From NCBI RefSeq assembly GCF_018336915.1, contig NZ_CP064923.1, positions 4,020,001-4,052,000 on the forward strand: a stretch of DNA of 32,000 nucleotides, in the 5' to 3' direction. Positions 19,234 to 25,721 of this stretch are shown here, one piece after another (the first letter of the stretch is position 1; every line of letters starts with the position of its first letter). The DNA is from Acaryochloris marina S15. GTDB lineage: Bacteria > Cyanobacteriota > Cyanobacteriia > Thermosynechococcales > Thermosynechococcaceae. A program made the translations under genes and the position numbers. Under the pieces are notes generated by a model. The model saw nothing but the letters and a program-made list of their open reading frames with translations, was not told where the DNA came from and ran no database searches.

Positions 19234-20355
19234 TCATTCCATCTGCTCTAATACCTCGGCCAACTTGGCAACGGTGCGATCGATATTTTGTAATTTATCT
19301 AAGCCAAAGAGGCCAAGCCGAAAGGTTTGAAAGTTGTCGGGTTCATCACAGCGTAGAGGGACACCCGCCGCAATCTGCATCCCGAGGGCCTTAAATTTCT
19401 GTCCTATTGCTGGATCATCTGTGTAGCTAACCACAACGCTGGGCGATTGAAATCCTTCAGCCGCGACACTCTTGATGCCTTTACTGGTTAGAAGTGCTCT
19501 GACCTTATCCCCTAGCTGTTGTTGCTGAGCACAGACGGTATCGAACCCGCACCCTGCCGTTTCCTGCATCACATCCCGAAATATTCTGAGGCTATCAGTG
19601 GGCATGGTGGCGTGATAGGCATGTCCACCTTTTTCATAGGCCTCCATAATCTGCAGCCATTTCAATAGGTCACAGGCAAAGCTACTGCTCGTCGTCGATT
19701 CGATCCGCTCTCGCCCCAGAGCACTGAACATCACCAATCCACTACAGGGCGAACTACTCCACCCTTTTTGAGGAGCACTGATCAAAATATCGACACCGCA
19801 GGCTTCCATATCGATCCAGATCGTGCCGGAGGCAATGCAATCTAACACGAACAAACCACCCACAGCATGGACTGCTTCAGAGATGGCCTGAAGATAGTCC
19901 ATCGGCAAGATCATTCCCGAAGACGTTTCCACATGGGGTGCAAATACCAGATCCGGTTTTTCGGCCTGGATTCTAGAAACAACTTCTTCAATGGGGGCAG
20001 GGGCAAAAGCTGCATGATCACTGTCATCTACAGGACGAGCCTTGAGCACCGATAATTGGGCAGGTATCTTACCCCTCTCTAAAATTTGACTCCAGCGAAA
20101 ACTAAACCAACCATTACGAATCACCAAGCATGATTGATCTGTGGCGAACTGTCGAGCAACGGCTTCCATGGCAAAGGTGCCACCCCCCGGAACAATGGCC
20201 ACGGCCTTGGCATTGTAGACCTGTTTGAGGGTGCCAGAAATATCTGTCATCACCGTTTGGAAGGCTCCAGACATATGATTCAGTGAGCGGTCTGTAAACA
20301 CTACTGAATATTCCAAAAGTCCTTCTGGATCAATATTAGGCAGTAATCCTGGCAT
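19234..20355 (-). CDS. Class-V PLP aminotransferase (alanine-glyoxylate / serine-pyruvate aminotransferase family)
   Basis: 373-aa ORF. It has the N-terminal LLEYSVVFTDRSLNHMS, and the PLP-lysine context ISAPQKGWSSSPCSG is typical of the AGXT/SPT-like family. Confidence 0.82.
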   Translation of the reverse strand: MPGLLPNIDPEGLLEYSVVFTDRSLNHMSGAFQTVMTDISGTLKQVYNAKAVAIVPGGGTFAMEAVARQFATDQSCLVIRNGWFSFRWSQILERGKIPAQLSVLKARPVDDSDHAAFAPAPIEEVVSRIQAEKPDLVFAPHVETSSGMILPMDYLQAISEAVHAVGGLFVLDCIASGTIWIDMEACGVDILISAPQKGWSSSPCSGLVMFSALGRERIESTTSSSFACDLLKWLQIMEAYEKGGHAYHATMPTDSLRIFRDVMQETAGCGFDTVCAQQQQLGDKVRALLTSKGIKSVAAEGFQSPSVVVSYTDDPAIGQKFKALGMQIAAGVPLRCDEPDNFQTFRLGLFGLDKLQNIDRTVAKLAEVLEQME

Positions 20356-20405
20356 GTTGTCCTCTTCGCAGTTGTGTCTGAATCAATGAATCGGGATGAA
20401 TGGCG

Positions 20406-20819
20406 TTAGGGTTTGATATTGCCCCTTAGCTTCTTGAGCTTTCCTCGTTTATTTTTGCTATCGAGCCGCCGTTGTTTGGCACCATAGGAAGTTTTTGTGG
20501 GTTTCCGTTTTTTGGGGGTTGTGGTCACACTTTGCAGCAACGTTTGCAGACGGTTCAGGGCATCTTCTCTGTTTTGCTGTTGGGTGCGATGTTGCTGAGC
20601 TTTGATAATAATGATGCCTTCTTTGGTGATACGTCTATCGCCCAAGTTGAGGAGACGCTCTTTGAACAGGGGCGATAGGGATGATGCATTGATATCAAAT
20701 CGGAGATGGATCGCGGACGCCACTTTGTTAACGTTTTGTCCGCCAGCACCTTGAGAACGGATGGGACTCAACTCAATCTCACTGAGAGGTATGGAGGTGC
20801 GCTTGGTAATCTTCAACAT
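20406..20819 (-). CDS. arfB: Alternative ribosome-rescue factor ArfB (peptidyl-tRNA hydrolase, YaeJ family)
   Basis: 137-aa ORF with a GGQ domain ([21 protein letters not shown]) and a basic C-terminal tail (KKRKPTKTSYGAKQRRLDSKNKRGKLKKLR). Confidence 0.88.
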   Translation of the reverse strand: MLKITKRTSIPLSEIELSPIRSQGAGGQNVNKVASAIHLRFDINASSLSPLFKERLLNLGDRRITKEGIIIIKAQQHRTQQQNREDALNRLQTLLQSVTTTPKKRKPTKTSYGAKQRRLDSKNKRGKLKKLRGNIKP

Positions 20820-20875
20820 GAGTGAGTCAGACTAATCTGGGTGCAATAAATATCAGCGATACTCTCCCAGTTTAA

Positions 20876-21133
20876 TCAAGGGCTGTGAGTGGCGATGAAT
20901 TTCTCTTTTTGGGACTTCGATAGCTGTTTAATTTGATATTCCAACTGCTGGGCTTCGGATCGACTCCCCACGGGTTGTTGATAAACCAGCTGCAATGGGC
21001 CTTTTGAGCGCAGAAACTTAGCCCCTTTTTTGCTATGGGAATGCTCATCCAGGCGACGAGCAACGTCTGTCGTCACGCCTGTATACAAGGCCCCATTCCG
21101 GGTACGAATGATATAGAGATGCCATTCAGACAT
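20876..21133 (-). CDS. GIY-YIG nuclease-fold protein (UPF0213 / YhbQ-like)
   Basis: From the internal ATG at 21133 the protein (86 aa) reads [31 protein letters not shown]...[19 protein letters not shown], the full GIY-YIG pattern. The ORF extends to 21211, but those extra 26 aa look non-homologous. Confidence 0.75.
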   Translation of the reverse strand: MSEWHLYIIRTRNGALYTGVTTDVARRLDEHSHSKKGAKFLRSKGPLQLVYQQPVGSRSEAQQLEYQIKQLSKSQKEKFIATHSP

Positions 21134-21753
21134 AAGGTCTTGTTTGTCGCTCAATGGGCTATGCCCATCATTTTGAAAGAGGGAGATGCGTATCGTAGTT
21201 GCAATACGCATTCAACCACAATACCCCTCATAACTTCGCTTTTTTACTGGCGGTTGAAACACCCCTCAAAGCCAAGAAGCCCTGCGTGATCTGGCATACC
21301 AATATCAGACCTAGAGATACTGGAGTGCGATCGCACCTCCCCTCAACCAACCCCCTTTCCCCCAGATAACCTCAGCCCTCAGCCAACCCTCTACAGACGA
21401 TCTCTAGTTTTTAGTGAAGTCGGAATATCCAATTTATATCCTGCATCAAGTTGCGATCTCGGGGGTGGGTTGCTGACTTGTTCGATTGCCATTGGGATAA
21501 CTGACCAAATGAATTTTGTTGTTGATCTGCAGTGTCATGATTGCTTTGCTGAACATATGAGTAGCGGGTAAGACCTGTTCCTTAGCTACAGTTCTATTCT
21601 TTGCAGTAAAAAGAAAAATTCAGCTATCTCACGAAAGCTGAAACTTTTATCCTCTAAGAGTGCTGATATCAAATGTAGATGTTTGGCTTTAGAAGGTAGG
21701 CAGGTTAGTAGCCCATTTCATATTGCGAGAAAATTTGCCTTCTAATTATAGTT

Positions 21754-22164
21754 ATGGCATTTGAGGAAAGATCTGTGCTTCATTTCCTATTTGCTTCACC
21801 AAATACATCTGACAGGAGTGTTTTCTATTCAATAGAAGATTGGGATAACGTTTGTGAAGGTATTTTGGATATAGCGCTATCTAGCATAAAGGAACTTGAG
21901 ATATTACTTAGTCTATTGGGAATAAATGACTTTGTGATAGAGAACCTTCCAAATAGCGAATATTTTTCAGGTTTAATTGATATTTCTCAATATAAAATCC
22001 CAGAATTCAATGAAACAGACTTTGATCAGTTTTATGAGTTGTGGTTGTCGAAAACAGGACGAGAATCAAACATGGATGAATATGGGCAGCTCATTTTTAT
22101 CCAGGGGGAGGCTAGAAAATGGAATCAGAGGCCATGCAAGGTGATATTAATTGAAAAGTATTAG
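21754..22164 (+). CDS. Hypothetical acidic protein (orphan, low-GC)
   Basis: 136-codon ORF in DNA of 32-38% G+C (hand count of three 60-nt lines). An open frame of this length is unlikely by chance in AT-rich sequence. I recognise no family motif. Its stop overlaps the vapC stop on the opposite strand. Confidence 0.45.
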   Translation: MAFEERSVLHFLFASPNTSDRSVFYSIEDWDNVCEGILDIALSSIKELEILLSLLGINDFVIENLPNSEYFSGLIDISQYKIPEFNETDFDQFYELWLSKTGRESNMDEYGQLIFIQGEARKWNQRPCKVILIEKY

Positions 22165-22568
22165 CTTGTCTTGAAGAGTGTGATTGGTAAATGCTTGGCG
22201 TAATGACTAAAGTCTTTATCGGTAGTAAAAATTTCGAATTTAGCTCGTATAGCAACAGCACAAATCAAGAAATCTGTGTGGGAGCCTTGAATCCCTTTTG
22301 AGCGACAGAAATTCGAATATTCTGCAGCAGCTTCATAATCAGAATCCACCAATGGTTCGTTTGGGAAATATTTCAGTTTCTGTCGCAGTTTTTCATATCG
22401 GCTTTTATCCGTGTAGCCAGACAACAATTCTTGTCTGATGGCACCAATTATTTTTACTTGATTCTCATCAATGAGTCGGGTGAGTTGTTTAGCTATAGAG
22501 GTTTCATCTGCAGAACTACAGCGCAGAGCAATGGACCAAACACAGGTATCAACCAGGATGCCGCTCAT
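22161..22568 (-). CDS. vapC: PIN-domain ribonuclease toxin VapC
   Basis: 135-aa ORF. The PIN acidic residues lie in ILVDTCVW, RQELLSG and FTTDKDF. There is a 4-nt ATGA overlap with the upstream antitoxin gene. Confidence 0.88.
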   Translation of the reverse strand: MSGILVDTCVWSIALRCSSADETSIAKQLTRLIDENQVKIIGAIRQELLSGYTDKSRYEKLRQKLKYFPNEPLVDSDYEAAAEYSNFCRSKGIQGSHTDFLICAVAIRAKFEIFTTDKDFSHYAKHLPITLFKTS

Positions 22569-22759
22569 TGTCGTCCTTGTTTATAGTCATAATCGGCATC
22601 TTGAGGTAATTGGCCAAATAGAGAGATAATTTCACGCTGTTGTCGACGTTGTACAAACTCAGTCAGTGCTTGATTTACGGTCTCTTTTTTGGTGGAAAAT
22701 CCACCAACTCGCAGGGCCTCTTCGAGCAAGTCAGCATCGATAGAAAGATTGGTAGCCAT
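22565..22759 (-). CDS. vapB: VapB-family antitoxin
   Basis: 64-aa ORF. MATNLSIDADLLEEALRVGGFSTKKETVNQALTEFVQRRQQ matches the VapB_antitoxin pattern (NIDIDDELL...TKREAV..AL.E.V). It is translationally coupled to vapC. Confidence 0.85.
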   Translation of the reverse strand: MATNLSIDADLLEEALRVGGFSTKKETVNQALTEFVQRRQQREIISLFGQLPQDADYDYKQGRQ

Positions 22760-22772
22760 GGTCAGACTCTAG

Positions 22773-22803
22773 TTACACATTTATTCACACATTCTATTAC
22801 ACA
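22773..22803 (-). promoter_or_regulatory. Three 12-bp-phased TyACACA repeats upstream of vapB (candidate operator)
   Basis: TTACACAtttat / TCACACAttcta / TTACACAagcca. ACACA occurs at 22775, 22787 and 22799, exactly 12 bp apart. The array begins 14 nt upstream of the vapB start. Confidence 0.35.
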
Positions 22804-22949
22804 AGCCAATTAGCAATTACGAGACGTTAAACTTACGCCGATAGTAGAAGATTAAAAATCCAAATCAGATCACAGCATTAATTGAGTTGGTAGGACATCA
22901 TGAAACGAATACTGTAAACGAGCTATCGAAGTTAAACGTCTAAATTATT

Positions 22950-23657
22950 GTGAAAGAATTTGGCCCTCAAGTCAGTCGCATTTCAGAGAGGTTGGCAAAG
23001 GTTATCCGGCAAAAACCTAATCATGCATTTGGACAAGTCAGTCGCATTTCAGAGAAGTTGGCAAAGGTTATCCGGCAAAAACCTAATCATGCATTTGGAA
23101 AAGAAGGACATGGCTTCTCATGCCGAAAACCACTGAAAATGTCTGATGTAGAAAAGTTTGAAACTCAATATGCTGTAGCACTCCCTACCGGCTATCGCAC
23201 CTTTATCACTCAAGTCGCTAATGGTGGTCTGGGTCCTGCTTATGGCATGTTTTCACTTGATGATGCCTTGAGGTGTCGATTAACATGCTCTCCTCTTGAT
23301 GAGTTTCCAACAGATATTTTGAAAGTAGCGTTTCAGCATACTTCCCCATACAACCCTGATCAGGACAACGCAGTTATTGCCATGTTTGATCGAGCTGAGA
23401 CAGGAGACATTACCGAAGCAGAAATTGATAGATACCAACTGTATTTAACTTCAGGCACTCTTACTCTTTGCCATGAAGGGTGTGGGTATTTACATAGATT
23501 AGTAGTGAGTGGACCAACCCGTGGGCAAATGTGGCTGGACGGTGAATGTAGTGAGCAGGGATATTACCCTCTTGGTGTCAGTTTTCTGGAGTGGTATGAA
23601 AATTGGCTCGATGATGTTATTGCTGGAGGCCCTGGCACTTGGTGGTTTGATGTCTAA
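22950..23657 (+). CDS. SMI1/KNR4 (SUKH-1) family protein
   Basis: 235-aa ORF from a GTG start. The SMI1_KNR4-like core begins at MSDVEKFETQYAVALPTGYRTFITQVANGGLGPAYGMFSL (ATG at 23139, 172 aa), which is the more typical size and start. The N-terminal 63 aa consist mostly of the tandem duplication. Confidence 0.78.
   Translation: MKEFGPQVSRISERLAKVIRQKPNHAFGQVSRISEKLAKVIRQKPNHAFGKEGHGFSCRKPLKMSDVEKFETQYAVALPTGYRTFITQVANGGLGPAYGMFSLDDALRCRLTCSPLDEFPTDILKVAFQHTSPYNPDQDNAVIAMFDRAETGDITEAEIDRYQLYLTSGTLTLCHEGCGYLHRLVVSGPTRGQMWLDGECSEQGYYPLGVSFLEWYENWLDDVIAGGPGTWWFDV
22968..23099 (+). repeat. Tandem duplication, 2 x 66 bp (65/66 identical)
   Basis: Copies at 22968..23033 and 23034..23099 differ only at 22990 (G) versus 23056 (A). 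In the long reading frame they read QVSRISE(R/K)LAKVIRQKPNHAFG twice. Confidence 0.97.
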
Positions 23658-23756
23658 CCATTTGCTTAAAACAGACATTCGGATTCAGACAGCCTCGGGA
23701 CACTTTTTACTTCTCTATGCGCCGCTCAACTCAAAGACGTTAACCAACTGCAGTAA

Positions 23757-24353
23757 ATGAGTGCGACTAAACAGCGAGACCTCGTTGCACGCTTAGCCAA
23801 AACTGACTCACCGCATGCTCTGCAAAAGGCCCGAAAAATCAGCGAGCCTTGGTTTCGTGCTCAAGCACTGGCTTATATCGCCCGTTATTGCGACCAAGCC
23901 CCAACATCGGTCGCTAATCAGGCAGCTAAAGCGGCAGAAGCTTGCGTGGACACTTACCAACAGTGCGCTGTCCGCGCTTGGGAAATCGCCGCACTGGCTG
24001 AAAGATCCCATACCAAATCTGCTGCCTCTCGGCTCCAGGCTGTACTATCTAAAGCCCGACAGATAGAACCGCCTTCATCCCGATCCGAGGCGCTTATCTT
24101 ATTGCTGAGTGCTGCAGCCCACATCAACTCTAATGCGGTCGAAACTGTAGCTAAGATGGTTGTCCGAGTGACTGATTGTCATTCGAATTGGCGTTGCGAT
24201 CGCGCCACTGTCAACGCAATAGGCATACTTTACCGTTTCAATCCGGAATCTGCTGCTCATCTGTCCCAATCAGTGTCAAACGCAAAACTTAGATCGAAAT
24301 GCGACAAAATCATCGCAGCTGGCGGGTCATCACCTCGTTCATTTTTCTGGTGA
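23757..24353 (+). CDS. Hypothetical alpha-helical repeat protein
   Basis: 198-aa ORF of about 57% G+C in one sampled line. A recurring helix motif appears roughly every 35-40 aa: PWFRAQALAYIA, VRAWEIAALA, SRSEALILLLSA, RCDRATVNAIGIL. The periodicity is HEAT/ARM/TPR-like. No family was recognised. Confidence 0.55.
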   Translation: MSATKQRDLVARLAKTDSPHALQKARKISEPWFRAQALAYIARYCDQAPTSVANQAAKAAEACVDTYQQCAVRAWEIAALAERSHTKSAASRLQAVLSKARQIEPPSSRSEALILLLSAAAHINSNAVETVAKMVVRVTDCHSNWRCDRATVNAIGILYRFNPESAAHLSQSVSNAKLRSKCDKIIAAGGSSPRSFFW

Positions 24354-24364
24354 CATTAGAGCTA

Positions 24365-24865
24365 TCAGATTTTCTTACGGTGGCACTGTTTAAACTTTTT
24401 GCCACTTTTACACCAACAGGGCTCATTCTTTTTCGGCTGGAAGGGCGGTAACCTATCCCCATCGGTGTAAAACCATTTGCCATTTTCTTTGATAAAGCGC
24501 GATCGCTCGTGGAGTTGGGCCACAGAGTTCCCTTCTTGGTACACCGCAAAGAACTCAACAACTCCGGTTTTATCTTCAGGTTGTCCAGCTTTAGTGGCAA
24601 GTACAGTTAAACCCAGCCAAGTCAGATGATTGGCAGTGGCAGCGATCAATTGTCGGCTATTGGGTTGTCGGTGACTGGGATGCTCGGTATTGAATAGGTA
24701 ATCGATATTTTTGAGGCAATAGGCAACGTAGCGCGATCTCATCAGTGTCTCAGCGGTGGGGGCAGGGAGCGACCCTTGTAAATAAACACCGCAGCACTGG
24801 TTGAATAACTTTTGACTACCGCAGGGGCAAAGACTTGTAGCAGAGCGATCGTCAGAGATCAGCAT
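24365..24865 (-). CDS. ychJ: YchJ-family protein (UPF0225) with SEC-C motifs
   Basis: 166-aa ORF with an N-terminal CPCGSQKLFNQCCG and a C-terminal CWCKSGKKFKQCH SEC-C zinc motif flanking an NTF2-like core. Confidence 0.85.
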   Translation of the reverse strand: MLISDDRSATSLCPCGSQKLFNQCCGVYLQGSLPAPTAETLMRSRYVAYCLKNIDYLFNTEHPSHRQPNSRQLIAATANHLTWLGLTVLATKAGQPEDKTGVVEFFAVYQEGNSVAQLHERSRFIKENGKWFYTDGDRLPPFQPKKNEPCWCKSGKKFKQCHRKKI

Positions 24866-25094
24866 GATTCAATTTAGGCAGACAACACTAGATTTTCAAT
24901 TTCATAGGATGTGTGAGGCCAAAGCCGTTCAATATCTTTCATCATAGAAGTCATTGGCTCACCAGCTCTTGCCCTTTGCATTTGAACGGATACTGAGCAA
25001 GACTATCAATCTTGGACCTGTGATGATTATCAACATCGCTGACCTTGACTCTTGAGTTTTCGAGGTTAAACCATTGCGATCAATCATGTAGATC

Positions 25095-25628
25095 TCAAAA
25101 CTCTAATAAAGCCAAGGCTTCCTCACACCAAACAATTACATCCACTTCATGGCGAATGCCTTGCCGCAGCGTTAGATACTGACATTTTGCTGCCCAAGAT
25201 AACTGCTCTGGCTCAGCAAAATGCTGCTGCTCAATCTGCCGATAGATCTGCAATTGCTGTTGATGTTCTTGCTGGTAACGACGGAGTTCTGCCAGTAATA
25301 CCTCAGGCTCTACTAAATCCCCGGCAAACAGCTTCACTAGGATTTCTTCCTTCGTGCGGCTACTTTTACTGGGCTGAGCAATCCACTCGGCCATCTCCGC
25401 CTTACCCATTTCAGTCAGGTGATAGCACTTTTTATCAGGACGACCCGTTTGGGGAATCACCTCTCCCGTGATCCACTGTCGCTCCTCTAAACGGTTGAGT
25501 TCTCGATAGATCTGCTGATGACTTGCAGACCAGAAATGGCCCACTGACCCATCAAACCGCTTCGCCAACTCATAGCCACTGCAGGCTTGATCCGCCAAGG
25601 TTGCCAAAATTGCGTAAGAAAGACTCAT
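25095..25628 (-). CDS. PadR-family transcriptional regulator (long form with C-terminal domain)
   Basis: The winged-helix core reads ILATLADQACSGYELAKRFDGSVGHFWSASHQQIYRELNRLEERQWITGE. The ATG at 25628 is the preferred start; the ORF also opens at a GTG at 25634. Confidence 0.88.
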   Translation of the reverse strand: MSLSYAILATLADQACSGYELAKRFDGSVGHFWSASHQQIYRELNRLEERQWITGEVIPQTGRPDKKCYHLTEMGKAEMAEWIAQPSKSSRTKEEILVKLFAGDLVEPEVLLAELRRYQQEHQQQLQIYRQIEQQHFAEPEQLSWAAKCQYLTLRQGIRHEVDVIVWCEEALALLEF

Positions 25629-25689
25629 ATGCACTGATTGACATATTCAAATAATTGCATATAGTAAGAATATGCACTTTGTTGCATAT
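25627..25689. promoter_or_regulatory. Four TGCATAT/ATATGCA half-sites (candidate PadR operators) in the padR-oxygenase spacer
   Basis: ATATGCA at 25627-33, TGCATAT at 25656-62, ATATGCA at 25670-76, TGCATAT at 25683-89. The middle pair forms TGCATAT-N7-ATATGCA. The third and fourth form ATATGCA-N6-TGCATAT. Confidence 0.45.
25638..25665 (+). promoter_or_regulatory. Near-consensus sigma70-type promoter facing the carotenoid oxygenase gene
   Basis: TTGACA (25638-43), a 16-bp spacer, then TATAGT (25660-65). The -10 element overlaps half-site 25656-62. An AGGAGA Shine-Dalgarno sequence lies 7 nt before the ATG at 25722. Confidence 0.4.
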
Positions 25690-25721
25690 TACATTGTATT
25701 TGTTGCCTAGGAGACCCACCC

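Noticed and set aside
395-20760. Shared 11-mer ACGTTTTGTCC between prfA (about 403-413) and arfB (about 20733-20743)
   Set aside because: It reflects the same GGQNV codons in two paralogous GGQ domains. It is not a dispersed repeat.
21460-21500. tRNA-like GTTCGATT (T-loop-like) string
   Set aside because: There is no matching acceptor stem, D-arm or anticodon arm around it. It is an isolated resemblance only.
21619-21650. Hairpin TTCAGCT-10 nt-AGCTGAA followed by ACTTTTAT
   Set aside because: The stem is only 7 bp and AT-rich, and no convincing promoter or gene lies upstream on the plus strand. This is too weak to call a terminator or sRNA.
22968-23099. Whether the 66-bp repeats could be a CRISPR-like or minisatellite array
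   Set aside because: There are only two directly abutting copies with no spacers and no cas genes. This is a simple tandem duplication.
24959-25087. 42-codon minus-strand ORF (MIDRNGLTSKTQESRSAMLIIITGPRLIVLLSIRSNAKGKSW) in the 229-bp ychJ-padR spacer
   Set aside because: There is no Shine-Dalgarno sequence and no recognisable family, and the length is within chance expectation. It is kept only as a note because of its hydrophobic core.
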